Notes: generated by a model from the sequence alone, not told the origin. Shown: positions 15,026-24,208, counted from the stretch's first letter. The stretch is 32,000 bases of DNA from Promethearchaeum syntrophicum (GCF_008000775.2 NZ_CP042905.2:990001-1022000); one strand, 5' to 3'. A program made the numbers and translations.

Positions 15026-15856
15026 ATGAAGAAAAATATTTCCTTTATCGAGAAGAACATTAGCAGAAATCAACGATTAATTGATGACTATACAACAGAA
15101 GCAAAAAGTAAAAATTTGATTTGGGCTTTCACAGAGATGGACATAACTGAAGCTCAAAAGAAACTACGTGCTTATAAAGAAAATGGTGTAAAAATTAGTT
15201 TTACTGCATTTCTCATCGCTTGTTATGCGCGTTCAGCAGAAAAATATAAATATCCTATAAATACACTGCGCTATAAAAAAAAGAAATATATTACTTTTGA
15301 TGAAGTAGATGTAATGACAAATATTGAAAGAACTATAGATGGTGTAAAAAAACCAGTCAATTATACTGTACGGAATGCTCATAAAAAAACGTTAAGAGAA
15401 ATTAACGATGAGCTAAATGAAGCAAGAACAGTAAAAAAAGTAGCATTGACCACTGGTAATAAAGGGGGGAAAAAATTGCTGAAATTAGTTCCAAAACTAC
15501 CTAGGTTCCTCAGAAAAATAATTATTCATAAAACTTTTATAGATCCTTTCTTAAAAAAGAAATTATTGGGTACAATAGGTCTTTCGGCTGTGGGAATGTT
15601 TGGAAAAGATATAAATCAATTAGGTTGGATGATTCATATAACACCTCATACAATTTCTGTAGGTGTAGGCTCGATTGAGAAGAAATTTGAGATGCAAAAA
15701 GATGGTAATATTAAAGAACGTGAATTCTTAGCGGTCACAATCGCAATGGACCATGCTATAATAGACGGAGGGCCGGCTACGAGATTCTTTCGTGATTTTT
15801 ATCTTATGCTTAGAGACAATTGCTTGGAAGCAGACTGGTGTTTTAAATCATTGTAA
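15026..15856 (+). CDS. Stand-alone 2-oxoacid dehydrogenase E2-type acyltransferase catalytic domain (CAT-like), paralog B
   Basis: 276-aa ORF of the same length as paralog A. About two thirds of positions are identical by eye, for example ISFTAFLIACYAR, YPINTLRYKKK, FDEVDVMTNIER, DGVKKPVNYTVRNAH, TTGNKGGKKL, NQLGWMIH and WCFKSL at the C-terminus. Catalytic motif AMDHAIIDGGPATRFF. Confidence 0.75.
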   Translation: MKKNISFIEKNISRNQRLIDDYTTEAKSKNLIWAFTEMDITEAQKKLRAYKENGVKISFTAFLIACYARSAEKYKYPINTLRYKKKKYITFDEVDVMTNIERTIDGVKKPVNYTVRNAHKKTLREINDELNEARTVKKVALTTGNKGGKKLLKLVPKLPRFLRKIIIHKTFIDPFLKKKLLGTIGLSAVGMFGKDINQLGWMIHITPHTISVGVGSIEKKFEMQKDGNIKEREFLAVTIAMDHAIIDGGPATRFFRDFYLMLRDNCLEADWCFKSL

Positions 15857-15882
15857 TTTAAGTCTAGATCTAAATTTTTCAC

Positions 15883-18800
15883 CTATTTTTCCCCAAATAA
15901 TAATTTTTTAAAACTTACGAGAAGATCTTGAGGATTTCCTTCAAAAGTATTAATGAAACCTTGCGTAGATTCTTGTTTTCCTCCTCCTTTCCCTTTAAAT
16001 TTATTTAAAAATTTTTTAGTAATGCTGGATAAGTTAATCTCCTTTAGATTCTGCCCGCGCATTGAGATAAAGTTTATACCCCCATTTGTGCTTCCTACAA
16101 ATAAGATTATCGCTTTTAATTCCCGTTTTAATATGCTTTTTGATAAATTTACTAATATTTTATTACTTATTTTTGGGTAAAATGCTGCGATAAATTTATA
16201 ATTATCTACAATTTCTGCATTTTTTATCAGTGTTTCTATGTTTTTTTGTCCTACCACCTTTGATATTTCAAAAATTTCGTTTTTCATTTCACTCCATTCA
16301 TCCTTTAACTTCTGAAGTTTCGGAAAAAGTAATTCTTCGGTGGTTTCAAAATATCTTGTTAATTCTTTTAACGGTTTTTTTGTCGAACGGGTTTCACTGG
16401 TTAATTCTATCATTTGTTTCGAAAAAATTCCGGTCGATTTTGCTTTAGTTAGTTCTCTCCACTTTGTTAATAATTCTTTCGCTCTTTCTAATAAAAAATC
16501 CGGTTGAGTATCTAGAAGTTCGCATAAATTTTCCGTTATTTGTTTATGTTCTTTCAAAATTTTTGTAGTTGCAGCTCCCGCTGTATATGTTAGGCGAACA
16601 ATTCCATCTTGAATCTTTTGAGATTTTAAAATCTTAATTTTACCGATTTCAGATGTGTTGTTAACATGAGTACCTCCACAAGCTTCCACTTCAACATCTG
16701 GAGTTTCCACAACGCGTATACTTTTCCCGGGAATAGCTCCACCTTGATATAATCTGATACCGTACATTTTTTCGGCTTCAGCACGGGACATAAATCTATT
16801 TTTGGATTGAATTTTCTTACTAACTATCTTATTTGCTTCCTTTTCAATTTGATCTACTTGATCGTCTGTTAAAGATTCGTAATGAGTTATATCAAGATGA
16901 GCTTTTGAGGGTGTTTTCTTTGCGCCTGCTTGATTAATATGATCCCCAAGGATTTTACGCGCCGCTGCATTAACGATATGAGTTGCTGAATGGTGTTGCG
17001 CCAATAATTTTCTTCTTTTTTTATTGATTTTTACGGAAACTGTATCTCCCTCATTAAAAGATGGTTTTTTTGAAAGCATATGAACGATACACGGACCTAC
17101 TTTTATTACATCTAAAAATGGGATATCATTAATTTTTCCAGTATCGTTTAATTGACCACCTGAGGTTGGATAGGCAACTGATGATTCTAATATTACACCC
17201 CAAGAATTCTGGTTCAAATTCTTTCCTTTATCTGAAGAACCCTCTTCTTCTTTCATTGAATTATTGGTATTATTGTTATATGTTACTTTCTGGATTTTTA
17301 GCACTTTACTTGTGTTTTCTACATCTAAATAATTTGAATAATATAGAGATTTTGTTGGTGGTAATCCTTTGATATCAATTTCGATTAATTTGTGCGTTGC
17401 ATGAACCTGAGTAATTTTTTCGTGCCTTGCCATGACTTTTCCATAGAAATCATCAGGCATTTTAATTTCTTTCCCTAACTTACGAGCGGCTGAAATTATA
17501 ATCTCTGGATTAATTCCATTACTATCATATAATTCAAGTAATTTTTCTTCAGAGATTTCTGATTTTTGGATTAATTTTTTTACAATTTTTCCTGCATTTT
17601 CTTTAGTAGCCATATATTTTTGCTTTTCGATTTCTAAGATCCTACAAACATCATCTAAATTATCACTCACTTCTGGAAAAATCTCAAACAATTCTTCCGC
17701 ATGCCATCTGCACACTTCTTCCATATTCAGATCCCAATTAAACCTGTCAATAAATCCCATTGCACGCCTGAAAATAACCCGTAAGTTATAGCCTCCTCCA
17801 ACATTTGATGGTAATTTTCCATCCGATATTGCAAATAACAAAGCTCGACTATGTTCTGCTACTGAATACACCGCAGTCATTGGGATAATTTTCTCTTTCA
17901 ATATTTTAGGATCCATATTCATTTCTTTTCCTACTCTTTCCCAAGCGATTTCCATGCTTTCTACTTCATCATTGTTCAAGAATGCGGAAAATTGTGAAAA
18001 TTTATTGAAAAGCTCCAAATCAAGTTCAATTTTTGTACGTTTTCTAATTTTAGATAGGACGAAAGGAAAAATAGCATCATAAATTGTAGGAGTCCCTTGA
18101 GAAAACCATGCAATCCGTTCTTGCCCCATTCCCATATCCAAAACTTTCAATTGTAATTCAACAGGTCCTTCTGGAGTTTGCTGGTAGAGCATGTAAACTT
18201 GATTAAATAATTCAACACCTCGACTGAAGAATTCTAGACAGGATCCATAGTTCCCACCTCCTGCCCAAACATCCTCTTGAATTTTAAATTCATGCTTTTC
18301 TAATCCAACTCCCACTACAAGAAAATCGAAAATATCTTGAAATGCTTGTTCTATATCCCATTCATCCTGAGAAACAAATTGATGTTGTCCTATCATTACA
18401 AAACCAGTGCAGTGACTTCCTGTAATACCTACATTTTCAACATCCCCAAATCTTAAACAAAATTGCGGTATTACCAATTTTTTAGCAGGTGGTGGTACTT
18501 CTCCCGAGATCACAAATGGTTGAAAAGCAGCTATTGATGCCATTGTGAATTCAGTGGTAGGATTCCAACGCGCAACCACTGGATATCGATTAAGAGGTTT
18601 ATAGCCTCGAGGTTCGAGAATTTCAACGATCTTCTTCCAGACATCTATAAATGATAGAGAATTTTTTGAGGGGTTGTTGTCAACTACTTGAAATCCTTTA
18701 TTACATCCCGGTTCCCCGCAAACATTTGATTCAGTTGAACTCCAGTAATATCTCCCACATTTTTCGCATTGAAAGCGTGTAAAACCGTTTTTTTTCAACG

Positions 18801-18885
18801 CATTTGTAGGGTAATATCTTTCTGGATCTGCTGAAGCAATTTTAATAAACTGTTTTTTTTGCGCTTTATCTGAAAGAAGTGCCAT
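15883..18885 (-). CDS. alaS: Alanyl-tRNA synthetase, archaeal type
   Basis: 1000-aa ORF. N-terminal Cys cluster FQCEKCGRYYW...CGEPGC. Class-II core (FCLRFGDVENVG, MGMGQERIAWF). Editing-domain motifs HSATH and CGGTHV. C-terminal DHHA1-like region ending GKGGGKQESTQG. Confidence 0.9.
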   Translation of the reverse strand: MALLSDKAQKKQFIKIASADPERYYPTNALKKNGFTRFQCEKCGRYYWSSTESNVCGEPGCNKGFQVVDNNPSKNSLSFIDVWKKIVEILEPRGYKPLNRYPVVARWNPTTEFTMASIAAFQPFVISGEVPPPAKKLVIPQFCLRFGDVENVGITGSHCTGFVMIGQHQFVSQDEWDIEQAFQDIFDFLVVGVGLEKHEFKIQEDVWAGGGNYGSCLEFFSRGVELFNQVYMLYQQTPEGPVELQLKVLDMGMGQERIAWFSQGTPTIYDAIFPFVLSKIRKRTKIELDLELFNKFSQFSAFLNNDEVESMEIAWERVGKEMNMDPKILKEKIIPMTAVYSVAEHSRALLFAISDGKLPSNVGGGYNLRVIFRRAMGFIDRFNWDLNMEEVCRWHAEELFEIFPEVSDNLDDVCRILEIEKQKYMATKENAGKIVKKLIQKSEISEEKLLELYDSNGINPEIIISAARKLGKEIKMPDDFYGKVMARHEKITQVHATHKLIEIDIKGLPPTKSLYYSNYLDVENTSKVLKIQKVTYNNNTNNSMKEEEGSSDKGKNLNQNSWGVILESSVAYPTSGGQLNDTGKINDIPFLDVIKVGPCIVHMLSKKPSFNEGDTVSVKINKKRRKLLAQHHSATHIVNAAARKILGDHINQAGAKKTPSKAHLDITHYESLTDDQVDQIEKEANKIVSKKIQSKNRFMSRAEAEKMYGIRLYQGGAIPGKSIRVVETPDVEVEACGGTHVNNTSEIGKIKILKSQKIQDGIVRLTYTAGAATTKILKEHKQITENLCELLDTQPDFLLERAKELLTKWRELTKAKSTGIFSKQMIELTSETRSTKKPLKELTRYFETTEELLFPKLQKLKDEWSEMKNEIFEISKVVGQKNIETLIKNAEIVDNYKFIAAFYPKISNKILVNLSKSILKRELKAIILFVGSTNGGINFISMRGQNLKEINLSSITKKFLNKFKGKGGGKQESTQGFINTFEGNPQDLLVSFKKLLFGEK

Positions 18886-18937
18886 ATTATTATTCGAAAA
18901 AATCTTAGATTTATGAAAAATTTTTGGAAAAAAAATG
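18868..18937. repeat. Copy 1 of a ~65-70 bp repeat: the native alaS 5' end (first 6 codons) plus upstream promoter region
   Basis: atctgaaagaagTGccatATTATTATTCGaaaaaatcttagatttatgAaaaattt... aligns with 20987-21050. The two share an identical 12-mer and an identical 19-mer. Confidence 0.85.
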
Positions 18938-18983
18938 AAAACCTTTTTTTTTTTAATTGTTTCCTTATTTACTGGAGTAAATT

Positions 18984-19544
18984 ATGATTTTTTTTCCTCG
19001 ATTTGAATTAGGGTGGTTAAACGGTTGGTTGTATCTTTGTGTTTTTTATCTAGTTTTTGGGATAATAATTCTAAGTTCTCCAATGGAAGTCAGAGCACGT
19101 TTATATAGTACATCAAATTTACCAAAAAAATCAAGATTTTACTCAATTTCCACAAATATTCTTGGATTTTTTTTCCTATTACAAACAATATTTACTCCAT
19201 TGAAAACAGATTCAATTGAATTTATTCTTGGATCTTTGATGATAATTGTTAGCATTATTTGTATGAGTATCTCTCTAATTAACTATAAAAATACTCCATT
19301 GGATGTACCCGTAACTAAAGGGATTTATGAGATTTCAAGAAATCCCCAGATTATTATGATCTTGCTGACTTGGTTTGGAATTTCATTTTCTATGGGTTCT
19401 TGGGTGGCAATCATTACAGTAATTTCGATAGCATTTTTTTTCCATTTTAAAATTCTTGATGAAGAAAAAGCTTGTTTAAAACAATACGGAAAAAAATATC
19501 AAGATTATATAGAGAAAGTCTCTAGATATTTCTTTTTTTTCTAA
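18984..19544 (+). CDS. ICMT / phospholipid methyltransferase-family membrane protein
   Basis: 186-aa ORF with several TM helices. The C-terminal signature GIYEISRNPQIIMILLTWFG ... ILDEEKACLKQYGKKYQDYIEKVSRYF fits the pattern G.Y..vR.P.y......EE..L...fG..Y..Y...v. Confidence 0.6.
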   Translation: MIFFPRFELGWLNGWLYLCVFYLVFGIIILSSPMEVRARLYSTSNLPKKSRFYSISTNILGFFFLLQTIFTPLKTDSIEFILGSLMIIVSIICMSISLINYKNTPLDVPVTKGIYEISRNPQIIMILLTWFGISFSMGSWVAIITVISIAFFFHFKILDEEKACLKQYGKKYQDYIEKVSRYFFFF

Positions 19545-19601
19545 ATGAATCCCAGAAATTCTGGACAATATGAGAAATATAATAAAAAAAAAGGTAGCAT
19601 A

Positions 19602-20885
19602 TCAAGGAATAGGATATACAATAAAGAAAAAATACCTTGAAAATAAGAAGAATACATAGAATCCAACCGCTAAAATAAGCAAGATTTTATAGATGATGCC
19701 ATAGATTTTATTTTCTTTAATTTTTTTATAGAATTTAAATTCTATAGTTTGCCAAATAATTCCTCCGGGAATAGTTATAAGAAGGTTGAGGGGATAATAC
19801 CATAGATAATCAATCGGATGTGAATCAAAACCATTCTCTAAACTGAACCAGAAATGATAAGCGATTGAGAAATATAATATTTGGAATAATAAAATATGAT
19901 AGGTTGATCTACTGATTTTTTTTATTATCTTACTAAATTTATTATCTAGTTTTTTCGGAAAAATCTTTAATACTATTAGAAACAGAAAAGCACTGTAGGG
20001 AAATGAGAGAAAATGATAATCTCCCCCAATCCATCCTAAACCAATTACATACATAAAATTATATAATTGATAAAAACCGTATTGTGCAAAAATAATTAAA
20101 TAAAGTAAACTTATTGGCAGCAGAATCCAGAAAATTATAGTTACCATTGATGAAATTTCATTTCCCATTGATAAAATTTCATGATCTTCAGAGATCCAAA
20201 GCCCCATCCCAATACCTGAGAACAAATAAAAAATATGAGTTGTGAAAAACATTTTCGTGAAGAACCAACCATCAATATAAATATTATAAGATAAAATATG
20301 CATGAACCACTCAATTAGAAAACAGAAAATAAACGTTGCTATTGGGGCATTTTTAAAGCAGATATATAATAATGGAAAGACTAAAATAGACCCAAAAAGC
20401 GCAGGAATGAACCACATACCAGGTCCCCATAAAAAGGTAAAACCAAGAAAACGTAATCCCTCCAAATCATATGGCCATACTTCAATTATATCAGGTTGGA
20501 AAACATAATAAACTAGCAGAAATATAATTGTCTGGATAAAATATAGAATAATATATGGGATAATATATCTTTTCATTTTCAATATGAAATATTCCTTTGA
20601 ATAGGCTTCTTTTAATGTAGTAATTCCTTTTTCTTTGAAGGAAATCCCTAAATTAAATCCCATAACGATAATAAATCCTGGAATAGCAATCCTTTCCCAC
20701 AAAGGTGACCCAAATTGAACCAAAAAATCATGGGTTGTCGAATGATCTAAAATCACTAAGAAAATCATCCACGCTTTCATTATATCTACTTGAAAAAAAT
20801 TTTTCCCAGATTTTAGGTCCCCATTAGAATCTAGATCATTTTCTGAATTCAAATCATTTTGAGATATTTCTAATTTCTTGTCCAT
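19602..20885 (-). CDS. Membrane acyltransferase (acyltransferase-3 / HGSNAT-like family), tandem paralog B
   Basis: 427-aa polytopic ORF. The VDIMKAWMIFLVILDHS segment resembles the conserved first TM motif of acyltransferase-3 proteins (lD.lRg.a...Vv..H). It is highly similar to the 21062-22330 ORF. Confidence 0.5.
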   Translation of the reverse strand: MDKKLEISQNDLNSENDLDSNGDLKSGKNFFQVDIMKAWMIFLVILDHSTTHDFLVQFGSPLWERIAIPGFIIVMGFNLGISFKEKGITTLKEAYSKEYFILKMKRYIIPYIILYFIQTIIFLLVYYVFQPDIIEVWPYDLEGLRFLGFTFLWGPGMWFIPALFGSILVFPLLYICFKNAPIATFIFCFLIEWFMHILSYNIYIDGWFFTKMFFTTHIFYLFSGIGMGLWISEDHEILSMGNEISSMVTIIFWILLPISLLYLIIFAQYGFYQLYNFMYVIGLGWIGGDYHFLSFPYSAFLFLIVLKIFPKKLDNKFSKIIKKISRSTYHILLFQILYFSIAYHFWFSLENGFDSHPIDYLWYYPLNLLITIPGGIIWQTIEFKFYKKIKENKIYGIIYKILLILAVGFYVFFLFSRYFFFIVYPIP

Positions 20886-20986
20886 AATATACTATTTTAT
20901 TTTGTAATAATATAAAGAATCACATATATGTGAAAAACAGCTATTTATAACATAGTGAATTCAGTTGGGGGAATTTCAACCAGATA

Positions 20987-21050
20987 ATCTGAAAGAAGAT
21001 CCATTTTATTAATTGAAAAAATCTTAGATTTATGTAAAATTTATGAAAAA
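20987..21050. repeat. Copy 2 of the alaS 5' end/promoter repeat, lying between the two acyltransferase paralogs
   Basis: The reverse strand reads ...cataaatctaagattttttcaattaataaaATGGATCTTCTTTCAGAT..., versus the native alaS ...cataaatctaagattttttcgaataataatATGGCACTTCTTTCAGAT.... After codon 6 the copy diverges and stops after 19 codons (20945-21004). Confidence 0.85.
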
Positions 21051-21061
21051 AAGAGAATATA

Positions 21062-22330
21062 TCAAGCTGCTGGAATTGGAAAAACTATGAAGAAAATGTA
21101 TCTTGAAAATAAGAAAAACACGTAGAATCCAACCGCTAAAATAAGTAAGATTTTATATGTTATGCCAAAGATTTTATTTTCTTTAATTTTTTTATAGAAT
21201 TTTGATTCCAAAGTATGCCAAATAATTCCTCCGGGAATGGTAATAAGAAGGTTGAGTGGATAATACCACAAGTAATCAATTGGATGCAAATCGAAACCAT
21301 CAGCAATAGAGAACCAGAAATGATAAGCGATTGAGAAATATAGTATTTGAAACAATAGAATGTGATAGGTTGATCTACTGATTTTTTTTATTATCTTACT
21401 AAAGGTATTATTTGGATCCTTGGGAAATACCTTCAAAACTAATAAAAATAAAACAGCACTGTAGGGAAATGAGAGGAAATTATAATCTCCACTAATCCAC
21501 CCTAAACCGACCTGATACATTGCTACTCTTAAATTATAGAAACCGACAACGGCATAAATGATTAAATAAATCAAGCTTAAAGGTAGTAGAATCCAGGTAA
21601 TAATCACATTTCGAGGTGAATTTATTTCATAATCATCGGAGATCCAAAGCCCCATGCCGACACCAGAAAACATATAGAATATATGAGTTGAAAAAAACTG
21701 CCTCGTAACCCAGGGTTCAAAATATATATTGAAAGCTAATCTATGCATGATCCATTCAATAATAAAACAAGCAACAAAAGTTGCTATTGGGGTTTTTTTA
21801 TAACAAATATATAATAAAGGAAAGACCAAAATTGACCCGAACAGCGCAGGAATGAACCACATACCTGGACCGTAAAAAGGGGTATATCCTAACATCATAT
21901 ATTCTGAATAATAATAAGGTGCAACTTCAATCATTTCTGGTTGGAAAATAACATTAACAAATAAAAATATAATTGTTTGGAACAAATACAGAATTATATA
22001 AGGGATTATATATCTTTTCATCTTGGAAACAAAATAATCCTTGGAATACGCTTCTTTTAATGTAGTAATCCCTTTTTTTTTGAAGGAAATTCCCAAATTG
22101 AACCCCATTATTACAATAAATCCTGGAATAGCAATTCTCTCCCATAATGGTGACCCAAATTGAATCATAAAATCATGGGTGGTCGAATGATCTAAAATAA
22201 CCAAGAAAATCATCCATGCTTTCATTATATCTACTTGAAAATAATTTTTCCCGGATTTTAGATCAATATCAGATTTTAGGCCATTCTCTGATTTTAATTC
22301 ATTTTCGGAAACTTCCAACTTTTCGTCCAT
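21062..22330 (-). CDS. Membrane acyltransferase (acyltransferase-3 / HGSNAT-like family), tandem paralog A
   Basis: 422-aa polytopic ORF with the same N-terminal motif VDIMKAWMIFLVILDHS. Long runs are identical to paralog B (ISRSTYHILLFQILYFSIAYHFWFS, HPIDYLWYYPLNLLITIPGGIIW, YKILLILAVGFYVFFLFSRY). About 45 nt upstream of both start codons is also similar. Confidence 0.5.
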   Translation of the reverse strand: MDEKLEVSENELKSENGLKSDIDLKSGKNYFQVDIMKAWMIFLVILDHSTTHDFMIQFGSPLWERIAIPGFIVIMGFNLGISFKKKGITTLKEAYSKDYFVSKMKRYIIPYIILYLFQTIIFLFVNVIFQPEMIEVAPYYYSEYMMLGYTPFYGPGMWFIPALFGSILVFPLLYICYKKTPIATFVACFIIEWIMHRLAFNIYFEPWVTRQFFSTHIFYMFSGVGMGLWISDDYEINSPRNVIITWILLPLSLIYLIIYAVVGFYNLRVAMYQVGLGWISGDYNFLSFPYSAVLFLLVLKVFPKDPNNTFSKIIKKISRSTYHILLFQILYFSIAYHFWFSIADGFDLHPIDYLWYYPLNLLITIPGGIIWHTLESKFYKKIKENKIFGITYKILLILAVGFYVFFLFSRYIFFIVFPIPAA

Positions 22331-22440
22331 AATAAACTAGTTTATTTGCAATAATTTAAAGAACTTTAGCAAATATAAAAAAACATAAAAAAGTATTAAT
22401 TAATAAATCAAATAAAGAAGATTCTGGAAAAAGTGATTTT

Positions 22441-24153
22441 GTGTCAAATAAAGATGAATCAAAAGAAACAAACAGTGTGAAAGAAAGCCCTAAAGAAAAA
22501 GACGCAACAAAAGATTTAAAGGAAATTAAGGATATAAGGGATGAAATTGATAAAAATTTGCGAGAAGTAAAAGTTTCTCTTGAAGAAAGTGATACTATTG
22601 GAAAAGATATACAAGAGGAAATGATTCTTTCTGAGAAAAAAATAAAGGAATCAATTAAAACTAAAAATCACCAATTAAAAGAAATTGAAAAATTAATTAA
22701 AGACCAGCAAGAGAAACTTGATAATATTAATGATAAGATATCGGGAATGGAATCTCTGCACGAACAACAAACTGAACGTGTCAATCAAGTAAAAAATGAA
22801 TTAGGAACATTAGAAAAAGAAAAATCAAATCTTGAAGAATTAAAAGATAAATTGAACAAAAAAGTAATAGAACTAAATAACCAAATTTCATTACAAGAAC
22901 AATCTTTTGATAAAGTAGATTCAAATTTACAGACCAAAAATATTGAATTTAAAGAAATGGAAGAGAAATTTGAAAAAATAAATTCCGAATATCAAGAAAA
23001 ACAAAATATTATTGATAATCTCGATCGTGAACATATTGAGCAAAAAGAAAAACTTGTTGATTTTAAGAACCAAATTAAAGAAAAAGACGATGAATTAACA
23101 AAAATTAAGGAATCTCTTGAATTAAGAGAGAAATATAAGCTAGATCTTGATAAAAAAATATCAGATAGAACACAAACCCAACAAATGTTATCTCAGAAAC
23201 GAGAAAACCTCACTCTAAAAATTTCAGAGCTCGAAACAATAGCTGATGAAAAAAATACAAGAATCGAAAAATTAGATGATATTCTTGATGAAAAGAAAGC
23301 ATTTAATGAAAGTATCGAGAGAGACGCCATTGCTGCTCAAGAAAAGCTGAAAACGATAAAAACAGAAATCGAAGAAAAAGATGACGAGCTTTCAAAATTG
23401 AAAGAAAATCTTGATATGAGAGAAAAATATTACGAAAATTTGGAGCAAAAGATAACAGATCACACTGAATTATATCAAACTATTGAAAATAAATATCGAG
23501 ATCTACTGAAATTAATTCCCGAACAAGAAAAGCAAAGTCAAAAATTAAAAGAAGATATTGAAAAAATCGAAAAGGAATATGAAACCAGCAATTCAAAATT
23601 AGAAAGATTAAATGAAAAAATTGATGTTCAAAAAAGTTCATTAACAAAAATCAATGAGAAAATCGAAGGTAATGATGTTTTAATAACGCAAAAAGAGAAA
23701 CGTTTAGAAGAATTAGATGCAACTTACCTAAACACACAAAATGAAAAGGATAAACTCGAAAATCAATATAATCTTTTAAAAGAAAGAATTGAAGATGGTA
23801 ATGAAGAATTAAATTTCAACCAAAAACAGAAGAAAAATTCTGAGAAAATGTTGAAAGAAGCTGAAACAAACCTTGAGAATTTAAGAAAGAAGCTTTTAAC
23901 AATGGAAAAAAATATTAGAGAAGCGGAAGCAAGAATCCAAGAAAGCATGGTTTTAACTCGCATCAGGAAAATTGCAAAGATTTATGGAGGGGCGGCATTC
24001 ATTATAGGTTTAGTGATATTTCTGTTTGGTCTAACCAGTTCCTTTCTTCAGCCCCTTCTTCCCGATTTATTTATTGCACAAATGAACACATTTCTTATGA
24101 TTTCTATGGGTTTACTTGTCTTTATTTCGGGTTTATTACAATTAAGTACCTAA
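22441..24153 (+). CDS. Long coiled-coil protein with two C-terminal transmembrane helices
   Basis: 570-aa ORF with a GTG start. About 500 aa of Glu/Lys/Leu-rich heptad-like sequence contains an internal ~45-aa duplication. The C-terminus is hydrophobic: AAFIIGLVIFLFGLTSSFL ... FLMISMGLLVFISGLLQL. Confidence 0.6.
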   Translation: MSNKDESKETNSVKESPKEKDATKDLKEIKDIRDEIDKNLREVKVSLEESDTIGKDIQEEMILSEKKIKESIKTKNHQLKEIEKLIKDQQEKLDNINDKISGMESLHEQQTERVNQVKNELGTLEKEKSNLEELKDKLNKKVIELNNQISLQEQSFDKVDSNLQTKNIEFKEMEEKFEKINSEYQEKQNIIDNLDREHIEQKEKLVDFKNQIKEKDDELTKIKESLELREKYKLDLDKKISDRTQTQQMLSQKRENLTLKISELETIADEKNTRIEKLDDILDEKKAFNESIERDAIAAQEKLKTIKTEIEEKDDELSKLKENLDMREKYYENLEQKITDHTELYQTIENKYRDLLKLIPEQEKQSQKLKEDIEKIEKEYETSNSKLERLNEKIDVQKSSLTKINEKIEGNDVLITQKEKRLEELDATYLNTQNEKDKLENQYNLLKERIEDGNEELNFNQKQKKNSEKMLKEAETNLENLRKKLLTMEKNIREAEARIQESMVLTRIRKIAKIYGGAAFIIGLVIFLFGLTSSFLQPLLPDLFIAQMNTFLMISMGLLVFISGLLQLST

Positions 24154-24208
24154 TCGTTTAACCACAAAAACAAAAACACATTAAAACGCAGAAAAGGATG
24201 TTAATATA

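Noticed and set aside
13892-15856. The two 276-aa genes as the E2 core of a classical pyruvate / 2-oxoglutarate / branched-chain dehydrogenase complex
   Set aside because: They have no lipoyl or peripheral-subunit-binding domains, and there are no E1 or E3 genes in the window. The size fits only the catalytic domain.
20945-21004. 19-codon ORF (MDLLSDYLVEIPPTEFTML) between the acyltransferase paralogs
   Set aside because: Its first six codons and upstream sequence are a copy of the alaS start. It is best explained as a duplication remnant, not a gene.
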